The notes under the pieces: model-generated
What the model was told of the DNA's origin: nothing
The model's database searches: none
The model's input: only the letters and a program-made list of their open reading frames with translations
Origin: an uncultured cyanobacterium
GTDB lineage: Bacteria; Cyanobacteriota; Cyanobacteriia; Cyanobacteriales; Nostocaceae
Direction: 5' to 3'
Assembly (NCBI GenBank): GCA_963740315.1
Contig: CAVUDP010000002.1
Location: 2,368,001-2,432,000, forward strand
Length of the DNA stretch: 64,000 bases
Translations under genes and position numbers: made by a program
Shown here: positions 9,896-19,346 of the stretch, piece by piece
Layout of the letters: every line of letters begins with the position of its first letter
Numbering within the stretch: the first letter of the stretch is position 1

Positions 9896-11195
9896 TTTTT
9901 GTCTTACTTGCAATATGTTTGTTATACCAATTCATTAATGGAGTGGCGCTGACTCCATGTAAAAGTACTGAAACAACAACAGTACTATAAGTTATCCAAG
10001 CAATTTGTTCGGCTAATTCTCCTTTTAAACCGCTACCAAGAGCGTAGGCAAGATAGTATAAAGAACCGACTCCGCGAATACCAAACCAGCCGAACAACCA
10101 ACGTTTTTGGGGATAAACTTTTTGATTTTCCGGATTTTTTATACTACGTTTACCGATGGTGCTAATAAAGACTCCTAAAGGTCTAATTAAGAAGAACAAT
10201 AACAATATTACTAAAATTGATTGAGGCGCAAAATTTACCATTGGTTGATAGAGTAATATTGTTCCTAACAGTAAAATTGTTCCTATTTCAAGAAGCTTTT
10301 CAATCTGTTCGATAAATTCTAATTGCGCTAATGGTTTTTCTGGGTCATAATGACTTTTTTGCATGGTTAAACCAGTTACAAATACAGCTAAAAAGCCATA
10401 GCCGTTGACAACTTCCGTTAAAGAATAGCTGAGAAAAATTGCACTAAGGGCAATAAAATCTTCCATCAAATTGTCAACCGGATGACGTTCTTTAATTTTT
10501 TTATCAAGCCAGACAATAGCTTTGGCAACCAGAAACCCCATAATAATTCCAGAGCCAATTGCCCAAATTAAATCAACTCCTACCCAATCTTTAATCCAGT
10601 TATCCCAATTATCATCTTTGATTGCAAAAAGACCGAAATAAACGAAGGGGAAAGCTAACGCATCATTCAATCCGCCTTCACTAGTTAAACCAAAACGCAA
10701 CTCATCATTATCATTTGTATCTTTTAATTGAATTGCAGAAGCTAATACGGGGTCAGTTGGTGCTAAAATTGCTCCTAATAAAATTGCTCCACCCCAATCC
10801 ATTCCTAGAAAAAATTTGCCCACAGCAGCAATCGCAAAAATGGAAATTGGCATCAAAATTCCGATTAACCGCAAGGTAATATCCCAAGCTTTTAATTTTA
10901 AAGGACGAGCAATTTTTAAACCGCAACCAAATACAGAAATAATAACTACTAATTCGGTTAATCGTTTGAGCAATTCAGCATTAAATATACCTTCCCGACG
11001 CAATTCAACTAAACCAAAGCCGTAAGGTCCGATTGCAATACCAGCTATTAGATAGATGATGGCATAGGAAAAAGGCGATCGCGCAATTACACCCGAACCC
11101 AAAGTTACAAATAGTAAGAGTAAACCAATAACAAGTAGATTCAGAATATAAATATCATCAAGAACAAGTAGATTCATAAAATAAATATTATTCAT
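9876..11195 (-). CDS. CPA1-family cation:proton antiporter
   Basis: LAPTDPVLA, SEGGLNDALAFP, GWFGIRGVGSLYY; multiple TM helices. Confidence 0.9.
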   Translation of the reverse strand: MNNIYFMNLLVLDDIYILNLLVIGLLLLFVTLGSGVIARSPFSYAIIYLIAGIAIGPYGFGLVELRREGIFNAELLKRLTELVVIISVFGCGLKIARPLKLKAWDITLRLIGILMPISIFAIAAVGKFFLGMDWGGAILLGAILAPTDPVLASAIQLKDTNDNDELRFGLTSEGGLNDALAFPFVYFGLFAIKDDNWDNWIKDWVGVDLIWAIGSGIIMGFLVAKAIVWLDKKIKERHPVDNLMEDFIALSAIFLSYSLTEVVNGYGFLAVFVTGLTMQKSHYDPEKPLAQLEFIEQIEKLLEIGTILLLGTILLYQPMVNFAPQSILVILLLFFLIRPLGVFISTIGKRSIKNPENQKVYPQKRWLFGWFGIRGVGSLYYLAYALGSGLKGELAEQIAWITYSTVVVSVLLHGVSATPLMNWYNKHIASKTKTNALPD

Positions 11196-11380
11196 AGACT
11201 TTTTTACTCCTCCTATAACGACATAATTCTGTTAGTTTAAGAGCAAAGCTAATAATTCTGTATCACCCGCAGGTAGATTTAATCAAACAGTTTTCTGTAC
11301 CAGTTGAGTAAATAAAATGCAACCAAAAGCAGTTAAAAATCGTTAGTCTATTAATATAAGCATTATTTTTAGTCGCGATA

Positions 11381-12743
11381 ATGATACAGGTAAAAGGACC
11401 AAAAACTCCTAGATTTGCTCAATTAATTGAGTGGGTTTTCAATCCCTTGCAATTAATGGAAAAATCGGCGAAAACCTATGGAGAAGCTTTTAAATTATTT
11501 TTGGTTGGCAAAAATCCGATGGTGTTTGTCAGCCATCCCCAAGCCATCAAGGAAATTTTCAACGCTAACCCCGATAAGTTTGATGTCGGTAGGGGAAACG
11601 AATTAGTTGCATCTTTATTAGGAGAGCAATCTTTAATTTTACTCGATGGCGCACCACACCAACGCCAGCGAAAATTATTAACGCCGCCATTTCATGGAGA
11701 TAGAATGAAATCCTATGGCGAGTTAATTTGTGAAATTACCGAAAAAGTTATTAGTAATTGGAAAATTGGCGAACCTTTCGATGTTCGTTACTTCCATGCA
11801 AGAAATTTCCCTCAGCGTTATTTTACAAGCAGTATTCGGACTTAGTGAAGGGGAACGTTACGACGAAATGAAACAGCTAATCGCTTCAATATTAGATATA
11901 TCCGGTTCCCCATTAAAGGCGATGCTGATATTTGTACCTTTGTTACAAAAAGATTTAGGTGCTTGGAGTCCCTGGGGTAGCTTTTTACGCCAGCAAAAAC
12001 GGCTTGATGAATTATTATACGCCGAAATTGAGGAACGCAGAGATAACTCAGATGAATCTCGCGAAGATATTTTATCATTAATGATGGCTGCAAGAGACGA
12101 ACAAGGGCAGCCCATGACAGATCAAGAAATGCGCGATGAGTTAATGACTTTATTAGTCGCAGGGCACGAAACCACAGCCTCATCGTTAACTTGGGCGTTT
12201 TACTGGATTCATCATCTTCCCGAAGTAAAGGAAAAACTATTAGCGGAATTAGATACAGTTGAGAACGAAGATTTAAGTGCGATCGCCAAATTACCATACT
12301 TAAACGGAGTTTGTGCCGAAACATTACGTATATATCCTATAGCTTTAATTGCTTTCCCACGAATTAATAAAGCACCAATTAAGATAATGGACTACGAATA
12401 TCCCGCAGAAACATGGTTAATGCCATGCATTTATTTAACACATCATCGCGAGGATTTGTATCCAGAACCGAAACAGTTTAAACCAGAAAGATTTATTGAC
12501 AAACAGTATTCAGCTTATGAATATTTACCCTTTGGTGGTGGTAATCGTCGCTGTATCGGTATGGCATTTGCCTTGTTTGAAATGAAACTGGTATTAACAA
12601 CAGTTTTGAAAAACCTGGATTTGAGTATAGTTAATAACCATGAAGTTAAACCAACCCGTCGTGGCGGTACCTTAGCGCCTTCTGGGGGTAAATGGTTGGT
12701 GGTGAAAGGGAAAAGGGATGTGAAGGTGAAGATGGGGGTTTGA
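11381..12743 (+). pseudogene. Cytochrome P450 (CYP110-like) split by a +1 frameshift
   Basis: Two overlapping ORFs; removing one T at 11788-11789 gives EPFDVRTSMQEISL. AGHETT, ETLR, PERF and FGGGNRRCIG (heme Cys) are intact. Confidence 0.85.
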
Positions 12744-12756
12744 GTGATGCAGAGAA

Positions 12757-12801
12757 TAGCCTTCACCCTCGAAGGGTGGGGCTACAGGAACGAAGCCTGC
12801 C
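12757..12801 (+). repeat. Truncated REP-like element at the left edge of the RM island
   Basis: CACCCTCGAAGGGTG hairpin followed by GGCTACAGGAACGAAGCCTGCC. Confidence 0.6.
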
Positions 12802-12930
12802 GATCCCTAAGTAGAGGACAAAAAGAAATTAAAACAAGCCGAAGACGTTGTACAAAAACAGGAATAAAGATAAACTTTTATTCTAATTCTTTATCGAAGC
12901 ACTAAAATAACTAAAAAAAATACTTTTATT

Positions 12931-14223
12931 ATGAAGCTAATTTCTACTCAATTAGACTTATTTCAATCTGCCGAAAGTATAAAATCTAAACTACCTACTA
13001 ACACTCTAAGTCATCAGCATCGAGTTCAACGGTGGGCTAATTTTATAGCTGGCTATTCAATTGAATTTGTAGAAAATTGTCTTCAGAACATAGACCCATA
13101 TCAAGGTTTAATTGTAGATCCATTTTTAGGGTGTGGATCTACGTTAGTCGCTGCGAAGAATTTAGGATTTAGAGGAGTTGGCTATGATAGACATCCCGTA
13201 TTTCTGAATTTAGCTAAATCAAAAATTGAAAACTATACCGCAGAAGATATAAAGACAGTCAAAGAAAATATTATATCAGTTAACCCATCATTAATTTGGT
13301 CGCCTGATGCAGAGAAATTCCTAAAGAAACTATTTGAGAATGACGATTTGCTTTATATTTCCCGTGCTTCATATTCCTTAAATAAATATACAGATAAAAG
13401 AACAAAGCCTCTTGCAATTGCATATTTATTAAAGGTATGTGAGGCTGCATGTGGTTCTCAAACTGACGGAATTTATAAAGCCCCAACTTCACGAAAAACT
13501 AGAATACCTTTCCATGAAGCTGTAAATAAAATTGAGCAACTTTTCTTAGATGATATTCAATCTGAATGGTACAGTACACATTGGATTAATCAACCAAAAC
13601 AGATTTGTGTTAATGAGTCATCAACTAGGATGGATTATTTAAAAAATGACAGCGTTATTAGCTGTATTACATCTCCTCCATATCTAAATAACTTTGATTA
13701 TGCTGAAATGACTCGGATGCATTTGTATATTCTTGGTTGGGCAAGTTCATGGCGTGATATTTCTATTCTGGTAAGAAATGATTTGATTACTAATACCACT
13801 ACGGCACTTAAAGGGAAAAAGCAACAAGAATTTCAGAATTGCTATAGAAATTCAATATGTAATAGTTTATTACCAGAGCTTGATTCTATAGTTGCTGATT
13901 TACAAGAAGAAAAGAAAACAAGACCAGGAAAGAAGGAGTACAACTTTCTTGTTTATCCTTATTATATGCAAATTACTAAAGTATTACTAGAATTATATAG
14001 AGTACTTAAGAAAAATGGCACCATAGATTGGGTAGTAGCGGATGCAGCTTTATATGGTATTCATATAAAAACGCACTTACATACAGCAGAAATAATGCGT
14101 TCAATAGGATTCAAAAATATCAAAGTTGACTATATGAGAAAGCGCGGACATCGATGGATATTAAATAAAAGAGATGGAGCGAAGGAAGGTCTAGGAGAAT
14201 ATCATATTTCTGCTCGAAAATAA
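12931..14223 (+). CDS. Amino (probably N4-cytosine) DNA methyltransferase, alpha-type motif order
   Basis: Motif I DPFLGCGST near the N-terminus; motif IV TSPPY later. Confidence 0.88.
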   Translation: MKLISTQLDLFQSAESIKSKLPTNTLSHQHRVQRWANFIAGYSIEFVENCLQNIDPYQGLIVDPFLGCGSTLVAAKNLGFRGVGYDRHPVFLNLAKSKIENYTAEDIKTVKENIISVNPSLIWSPDAEKFLKKLFENDDLLYISRASYSLNKYTDKRTKPLAIAYLLKVCEAACGSQTDGIYKAPTSRKTRIPFHEAVNKIEQLFLDDIQSEWYSTHWINQPKQICVNESSTRMDYLKNDSVISCITSPPYLNNFDYAEMTRMHLYILGWASSWRDISILVRNDLITNTTTALKGKKQQEFQNCYRNSICNSLLPELDSIVADLQEEKKTRPGKKEYNFLVYPYYMQITKVLLELYRVLKKNGTIDWVVADAALYGIHIKTHLHTAEIMRSIGFKNIKVDYMRKRGHRWILNKRDGAKEGLGEYHISARK

Positions 14224-14238
14224 AATAAAATTACAAAT

Positions 14239-15261
14239 ATGACAACTATATATCAGCAGGCTAAAAATATAATGGATTTAGAGATTGTTCGTTATCTTTC
14301 TCTAATCGATGCAACTAACGGACTTACTCAGATACATCCCGAACATTTGTCTGATTATGAAACAGCCATTCTTTTTGCTGCTGGGATTGCATCTCAAATA
14401 CCTCCAAAAGATAGTAACTATGCAGATTTTTTGATATCTGAATATAATAGAAAACCGGCACTAGCATTTGATATAGAAAATGCTGTATGTGCTGGTGTTT
14501 ATTTACAAGCGCGTTCATTTGTGAAAGAATTGTTTGATGAAGCTTATAATCTAACAAAAGGCTTCTCAGAATTTGAATCTAAAACAATAAAAAATCATCC
14601 TTATTTACTTCCAGTATTTCAAAATTCGCTAGGTTTAAGCAAAGCTCAATTGAAACGAAAAGTTGGAAATGTATCAGATATATCTATTTCTAAACCTGGT
14701 TCAGAAAAGCTTTCTGAATTACTTAATTCCCAATACAGTACAGTAAATGTTCAACAATTAAATATTCTTCAACGTATGGAAATTACTCTGGAGGGAATTG
14801 TTAGAGACCTTGTTGGAAGGGTGCTTTTTGAAGAAGTAGTTGCTCATGCTCTTGACCAGTACGAAGTGCGGTATCTACGTGAAGGAGAATATACTTCTCT
14901 TTCTGGTGTAGTATATGATTTCCGCTCCGACTTTGTTTTACCTAATCCAGAAACTCCAATCGCTTTTATTGAAGTAAGAAAATCATCTAGTCGTCACGCT
15001 TCTCTTTATGCTAAAGACAAAATGTTTTCTGCGATTAATTGGAAAGGTAGACATAAAAATTTGATTGGAGTAATTGTTGTAGAAGGTGAGTGGACTCAAG
15101 CTACATTAAGAACAATGTCTTGTGTCTTTGATTATGTTTTTCCTTTATCAAAAGTAACAGAACTTGCAAAAATACTAAGACAAGTTCAGGACGGTGATAA
15201 GTCTTTCCTCAAGTGGATTATAGAATTTAGCATTATGCCATCACCAGATTTCAGCGAATAG
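14239..15261 (+). CDS. Putative type II restriction endonuclease (PD-(D/E)xK fold)
   Basis: 15 bp downstream of the MTase; GRVLFEE...RSDFVLP...FIEVRKS resembles an E..PD..ExK core. Confidence 0.7.
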   Translation: MTTIYQQAKNIMDLEIVRYLSLIDATNGLTQIHPEHLSDYETAILFAAGIASQIPPKDSNYADFLISEYNRKPALAFDIENAVCAGVYLQARSFVKELFDEAYNLTKGFSEFESKTIKNHPYLLPVFQNSLGLSKAQLKRKVGNVSDISISKPGSEKLSELLNSQYSTVNVQQLNILQRMEITLEGIVRDLVGRVLFEEVVAHALDQYEVRYLREGEYTSLSGVVYDFRSDFVLPNPETPIAFIEVRKSSSRHASLYAKDKMFSAINWKGRHKNLIGVIVVEGEWTQATLRTMSCVFDYVFPLSKVTELAKILRQVQDGDKSFLKWIIEFSIMPSPDFSE

Positions 15262-15391
15262 GAACTAATGATATTATTTTTATTTTACGCTTATGACTCA
15301 ACATTTTAGAGTAGACGGATGCAATATTTATTCCACTGCTTCATTAGTGAAACGAGTGTGGTAAAATACAGCCCGCAAAAGTAGAGTTTGT

Positions 15392-15536
15392 TCACATTTC
15401 TACCAAAGCAAGACTAATATGAATAACTTTATCTACTTCTTCCAAAATTTTAGATTCCAAGTTTCCTAAACGTTTAATCAATCTTTGCTTGTCATTCACC
15501 CCTTTTCGGGTAACTTACTGTTTGTTTTCTTGCCAC
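15392..15536 (-). pseudogene. mazF: MazF/PemK toxin remnant with a large internal deletion
   Basis: GTG start gives MARKQTVSYPKRGE*, directly followed in another frame by DKQRLIKRLGNLESKILEEVDKVIHISLAL. These are the N- and C-terminal MazF signatures without the core. Confidence 0.8.
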
Positions 15537-15760
15537 GTTTCTTCTTCCAAATCATACCATTCTTCAGCTAACTCTAAATCGCGTTCTGCGTTTTAGATAG
15601 CTCCTTGTTTTAATTGTTGTCTAAGATTATTTAAGGCTTTTTGCTTGATGTAATATTGCACGGCTTCATTGATAAAACTACTGCGATCGCCTTTTTCAGC
15701 AACTGTATCAATTAGCCGAATCGTATCTTCGGGTAAGGTAATGTTTAATCTACGATGCAT
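15515..15760 (-). pseudogene. CopG/RHH-type antitoxin with a premature stop
   Basis: MHRRLNITLPEDTIRLIDTVAEKGDRSSFINEAVQYYI...LKQGAI*NAERDLELAEEWYDLEEETWQENKQ*; TAA at 15593-15595 (codon 56). Confidence 0.8.
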
Positions 15761-15855
15761 AATTAACGTGCTTCGACAATAATTTCTATTGTACGCACTA
15801 ATAGTGTGTATGATTTACATATATATTTGTTTTAATTGCAAAATCCCAAAAAAAC

Positions 15856-15903
15856 TAGCCCACGAAGGTGGGCTTTGCCTGTGTAGCCGCGATTTCAATC
15901 GCC
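15856..15903 (-). repeat. REP-like element at the right edge of the RM/TA island
   Basis: AGCCCACGAAGGTGGGCT hairpin plus TGTGTAGCCGCGATTTCAATCGCC. Confidence 0.7.
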
Positions 15904-15924
15904 AGGTTTTACGCCAGATATTAA

Positions 15925-17274
15925 CTATCCTCCCAACTTCACCCCCCTAATCGCCAAATCCAACAATTCCATCGGATGCATCACTTTCATTTCTTTACCC
16001 TGCTTCTCCAAATGCTTGCTAATCTGCAAACTACATCCAGGATTCGGGGAAGCAATCAATTCCGCACCCGTATTTACCAAATTCCTAGCTTTTTGTTCTC
16101 CCAATTCTTCCGCAATTTCCGGTTGCAGCATATTGTAAACCCCTGCGCTACCGCAACACAAAGCCGCATCCAAAGGTTCGCGTAATATGATGTTCGGAAT
16201 CTGCTTTAATAATTGACGGGGTTGGACGCTGATTTTTTGTCCGTGCAATAAATGACACGCATCTTGATAAACCATTGTCAGCGGTTCTTCTGTCAAAGGT
16301 GATAATTTGGCGGTTAAACCTACTTTTGCTAAAAATTCTTGGGAATCTTTAACTTTATTAGCAAATTCTTTTGCTTTATCCTTATATTCCGGGTCATTCT
16401 CTAAAATATGACCGTATTCTTTCAAAGTATGACCGCAACCCGCTGCATTAATAATTACATAGTCTACATCCATATCTGCAAAACTATCAATCATCTGTCT
16501 TGCCAAAGCTTGCGCTTGTGCGGCTTGCCCTTGATGTTCGGGAAGTGCGGCACAGCAGCCTTGGGATTTGGGAATTACCACCTCACAACCATTCGCAGTT
16601 AACACTCGCACGGTGGCTTCATTCACGGATGAGAAGAATAATCGCTGCACGCATCCTAATATTACTCCCACGCGGTAACGTTTTTTAACCTGCGCTGGAA
16701 TTACGGTAGGGTAATTATCTTGAAAAGATTTCCCAGTAACTTCAGGAAGAATAGATTCCATTGCTGCCAAACGGGGAGATATCTTTTCAAGTAAACCAGT
16801 AGCGCGAATTAATTTTGGTAAACCTAACTTTTGATAGATAAGTAATGGCACTAATAGAAAGCGCAATCTTTGGGGATAAGGAAACAGCGAAAAAATTAAT
16901 TGTCGAAATAATTTATCTGGTAAACTGCGGGGATAATTACGAGCAACTTGGTAACGAGTGGCGTTAATTAACTTGTCATATTCCACCCCAGAAGGGCAAG
17001 CAGTTACACAAGCCAAACAGCCCAGACAAGTATCAAAATGTTCGGTAGTCGCCTTATTTAAAGGAATTTCCCCTTCATTAATAGCATCCATCAAATAGAT
17101 TCTTCCTCGTGGGGAATCCATTTCTGTTCCTAATACCCTGTAACTCGGACAAGTAGAAAGACAGAACCCACAATGCACGCAGCTATCAATTAACTTTGGT
17201 TCCGGCGGATGATTTTCATCAAAGCCTTGGATATTTTTTAAAGAAGCAATATTTTCTTTATTTTCTGAAAGCAT
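15925..17274 (-). CDS. glcF: Glycolate oxidase iron-sulfur subunit
   Basis: CVHCGFCLSTCP and CLGCLACVTACP clusters; two CCG-type domains. Confidence 0.92.
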   Translation of the reverse strand: MLSENKENIASLKNIQGFDENHPPEPKLIDSCVHCGFCLSTCPSYRVLGTEMDSPRGRIYLMDAINEGEIPLNKATTEHFDTCLGCLACVTACPSGVEYDKLINATRYQVARNYPRSLPDKLFRQLIFSLFPYPQRLRFLLVPLLIYQKLGLPKLIRATGLLEKISPRLAAMESILPEVTGKSFQDNYPTVIPAQVKKRYRVGVILGCVQRLFFSSVNEATVRVLTANGCEVVIPKSQGCCAALPEHQGQAAQAQALARQMIDSFADMDVDYVIINAAGCGHTLKEYGHILENDPEYKDKAKEFANKVKDSQEFLAKVGLTAKLSPLTEEPLTMVYQDACHLLHGQKISVQPRQLLKQIPNIILREPLDAALCCGSAGVYNMLQPEIAEELGEQKARNLVNTGAELIASPNPGCSLQISKHLEKQGKEMKVMHPMELLDLAIRGVKLGG

Positions 17275-17285
17275 GATAGTTAATA

Positions 17286-17408
17286 GGTTAAAGGTTAAAG
17301 GTTAAAGGTTAAAGGTTAAACGTTAGGAATTAGGAATTAGGAGTTAAGAGTTAGGAGTTAAGACTTTTTTCTACCCCCTCTACCCTCTCTACCCCCTCTT
17401 CCCCCTCT
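17286..17408. repeat. STRR arrays (GGTTAAA, TTAGGAG, CTACCCCCT)
   Basis: Tandem units between glcE and glcF. Confidence 0.85.
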
Positions 17409-17410
17409 TT

Positions 17411-18709
17411 TCAAATTCCTCCCACAAATCTTTCTGGGCTTAAAATATTCTCGGCATCAAATTGTTTTTTAATTCCGCGCATTAATTCCAATCCATTACC
17501 GCTGTAGCCCCAAACATCTAATTTTTCTTTAATTTCTACTGGTGCTGATAATATGGTTAGAAAACCGCTGTTTTGTTCGCACAATTTCCGCATTTCTAAC
17601 ACCTTTGTTTCGTCTTCAAATCGTAATATTCCTAAGCCGCTAGATATGTTAATCAAACCTAATTCGGCTCGATTTAAAACTTCTACCGCAGCATTTGGTA
17701 ATACTCCTATTTTGCAAGTAATTTCCGAACCCGATCCAGGTAAATGTATTTGTTCTGGCAATATATGCCATAAGTGAGATTCTTCTGTGTCGGAATACAC
17801 CGCACCAGTTAATCCTAATTTTTCTCCTACTTGCAAAACTTGGTTTAACTGTTCTTTGACGCTTTCGGGGATACTCTCGAAGCGCACAATTAACCCCAAT
17901 CCTTTACCCAATTCCATGCTTGATACTAATTGAGCAGAAAGTAAATCGGCTTGGGTGGGTGTTAAAGCGGAACCACGAATTGTATCTGCGGCTTGGGATA
18001 TAGCTTCTTTATTACCCGTCAATATTGCGGTTCCCGAAGCTGATTGCATGGGATATAAACGAAATGTCGCTTCTGTAATAATACTTAAAGTCCCGTAGGA
18101 GCCGGTAAATAATTTCATCAAGTCGTAACCGGCGACATTCTTGACTACTCTGCCCCCAGCGCGAGCAATTTGACCGTCAGCACGAACGAAGGTGACACCC
18201 AGCAACTGGTCGCGGACGCTACCGTAACGCTGTCGCAAGGAACCCGTATCACCTGTAGCTATGATGCCACCAATGGTTGCTGAATCGGGTGCTGTTGGGT
18301 TGAGGGCAAGAATTTGATTGTGTTTGGCTAAAGTTGCTTGAATATCGGCGAATTTTACTCCTGCTTCTACGGTAATAGTTAAGTCACCTACAGCATGGTT
18401 AATAATTTTATTGAGATGCTGCGTGCTAACAACGATATCGACATGTTTTGCTAAACCACCCCATTTGAGTTTACTACCGTTACCCATCGGTAAAACGCGC
18501 CACTTGTTGCGGTTAGCTGCGGTAATCACTTCAGCAAGCTGTTGTTGTGTTTGGGGATAGACGACGCAACCGGGGAGATTTCCCGGTGCGATCGCCATTT
18601 TTACCTGTTTGTCGTCCGAATCATCAGTAAAATTTTCTTCTCCAACGATAGATGCAAGACTAGAATGGTAGACGTTCAGCGTACCCTGTTCGCTAGACAT
18701 CGGTTTCAT
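17411..18709 (-). CDS. glcE: Glycolate oxidase FAD-binding subunit
   Basis: ATIGG, GGRVVKNVAGYDLMKLFTGSYGTL; directly upstream of glcF. Confidence 0.9.
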   Translation of the reverse strand: MKPMSSEQGTLNVYHSSLASIVGEENFTDDSDDKQVKMAIAPGNLPGCVVYPQTQQQLAEVITAANRNKWRVLPMGNGSKLKWGGLAKHVDIVVSTQHLNKIINHAVGDLTITVEAGVKFADIQATLAKHNQILALNPTAPDSATIGGIIATGDTGSLRQRYGSVRDQLLGVTFVRADGQIARAGGRVVKNVAGYDLMKLFTGSYGTLSIITEATFRLYPMQSASGTAILTGNKEAISQAADTIRGSALTPTQADLLSAQLVSSMELGKGLGLIVRFESIPESVKEQLNQVLQVGEKLGLTGAVYSDTEESHLWHILPEQIHLPGSGSEITCKIGVLPNAAVEVLNRAELGLINISSGLGILRFEDETKVLEMRKLCEQNSGFLTILSAPVEIKEKLDVWGYSGNGLELMRGIKKQFDAENILSPERFVGGI

Positions 18710-19346
18710 AAGTGTATTTTTTTATTGCTTAATACTAATCTACTGTTTTATACAGCTAAATAACGGTTAATGTTTTTTTGCTACTGGCAATAGGTAGTTA
18801 AAAAAGTAACTTCCATCACATTACCTCTCCTTCATCTAAATGATTTAATACTCATACTAAGTTAGTAAATAATAAGTATTAATCACGATGCTATAGTTTA
18901 TATTTTAACTTAAGCTAGCTACTGAAGATAGTATATTTTCATTTTCTTTATCGGGGTAGCAATGTTAATCATCTTCCATAAAAACATCTTTAAATTTACC
19001 GCCAAACGACATTTTAGGAAACGTAGCTATATCGATTTTAATTGTACTACGTATCTAGAACTTCCAAATCTTAAATTAAAATCGTTAGTTTTTGTATAGT
19101 AATTTATTTTACTTAAATAAATTACAAGGCAGATTTTTATGCAAGTATTGAGTAAACTACTTTCTGTCTAAAAAGTCAATATAATTAATTTAATATTAGT
19201 GTTTTTACTTATTTGCGAATAAAGTCTTGTTCTATATAGTTTTTACATAAAATAATAGATTAGTGAGATAAAAACGATCGCAGTAAGACTTAATATATAA
19301 AAAATGATTTGCTACAGCACTAATGTAGCTTTAATAAACTGTTGTT

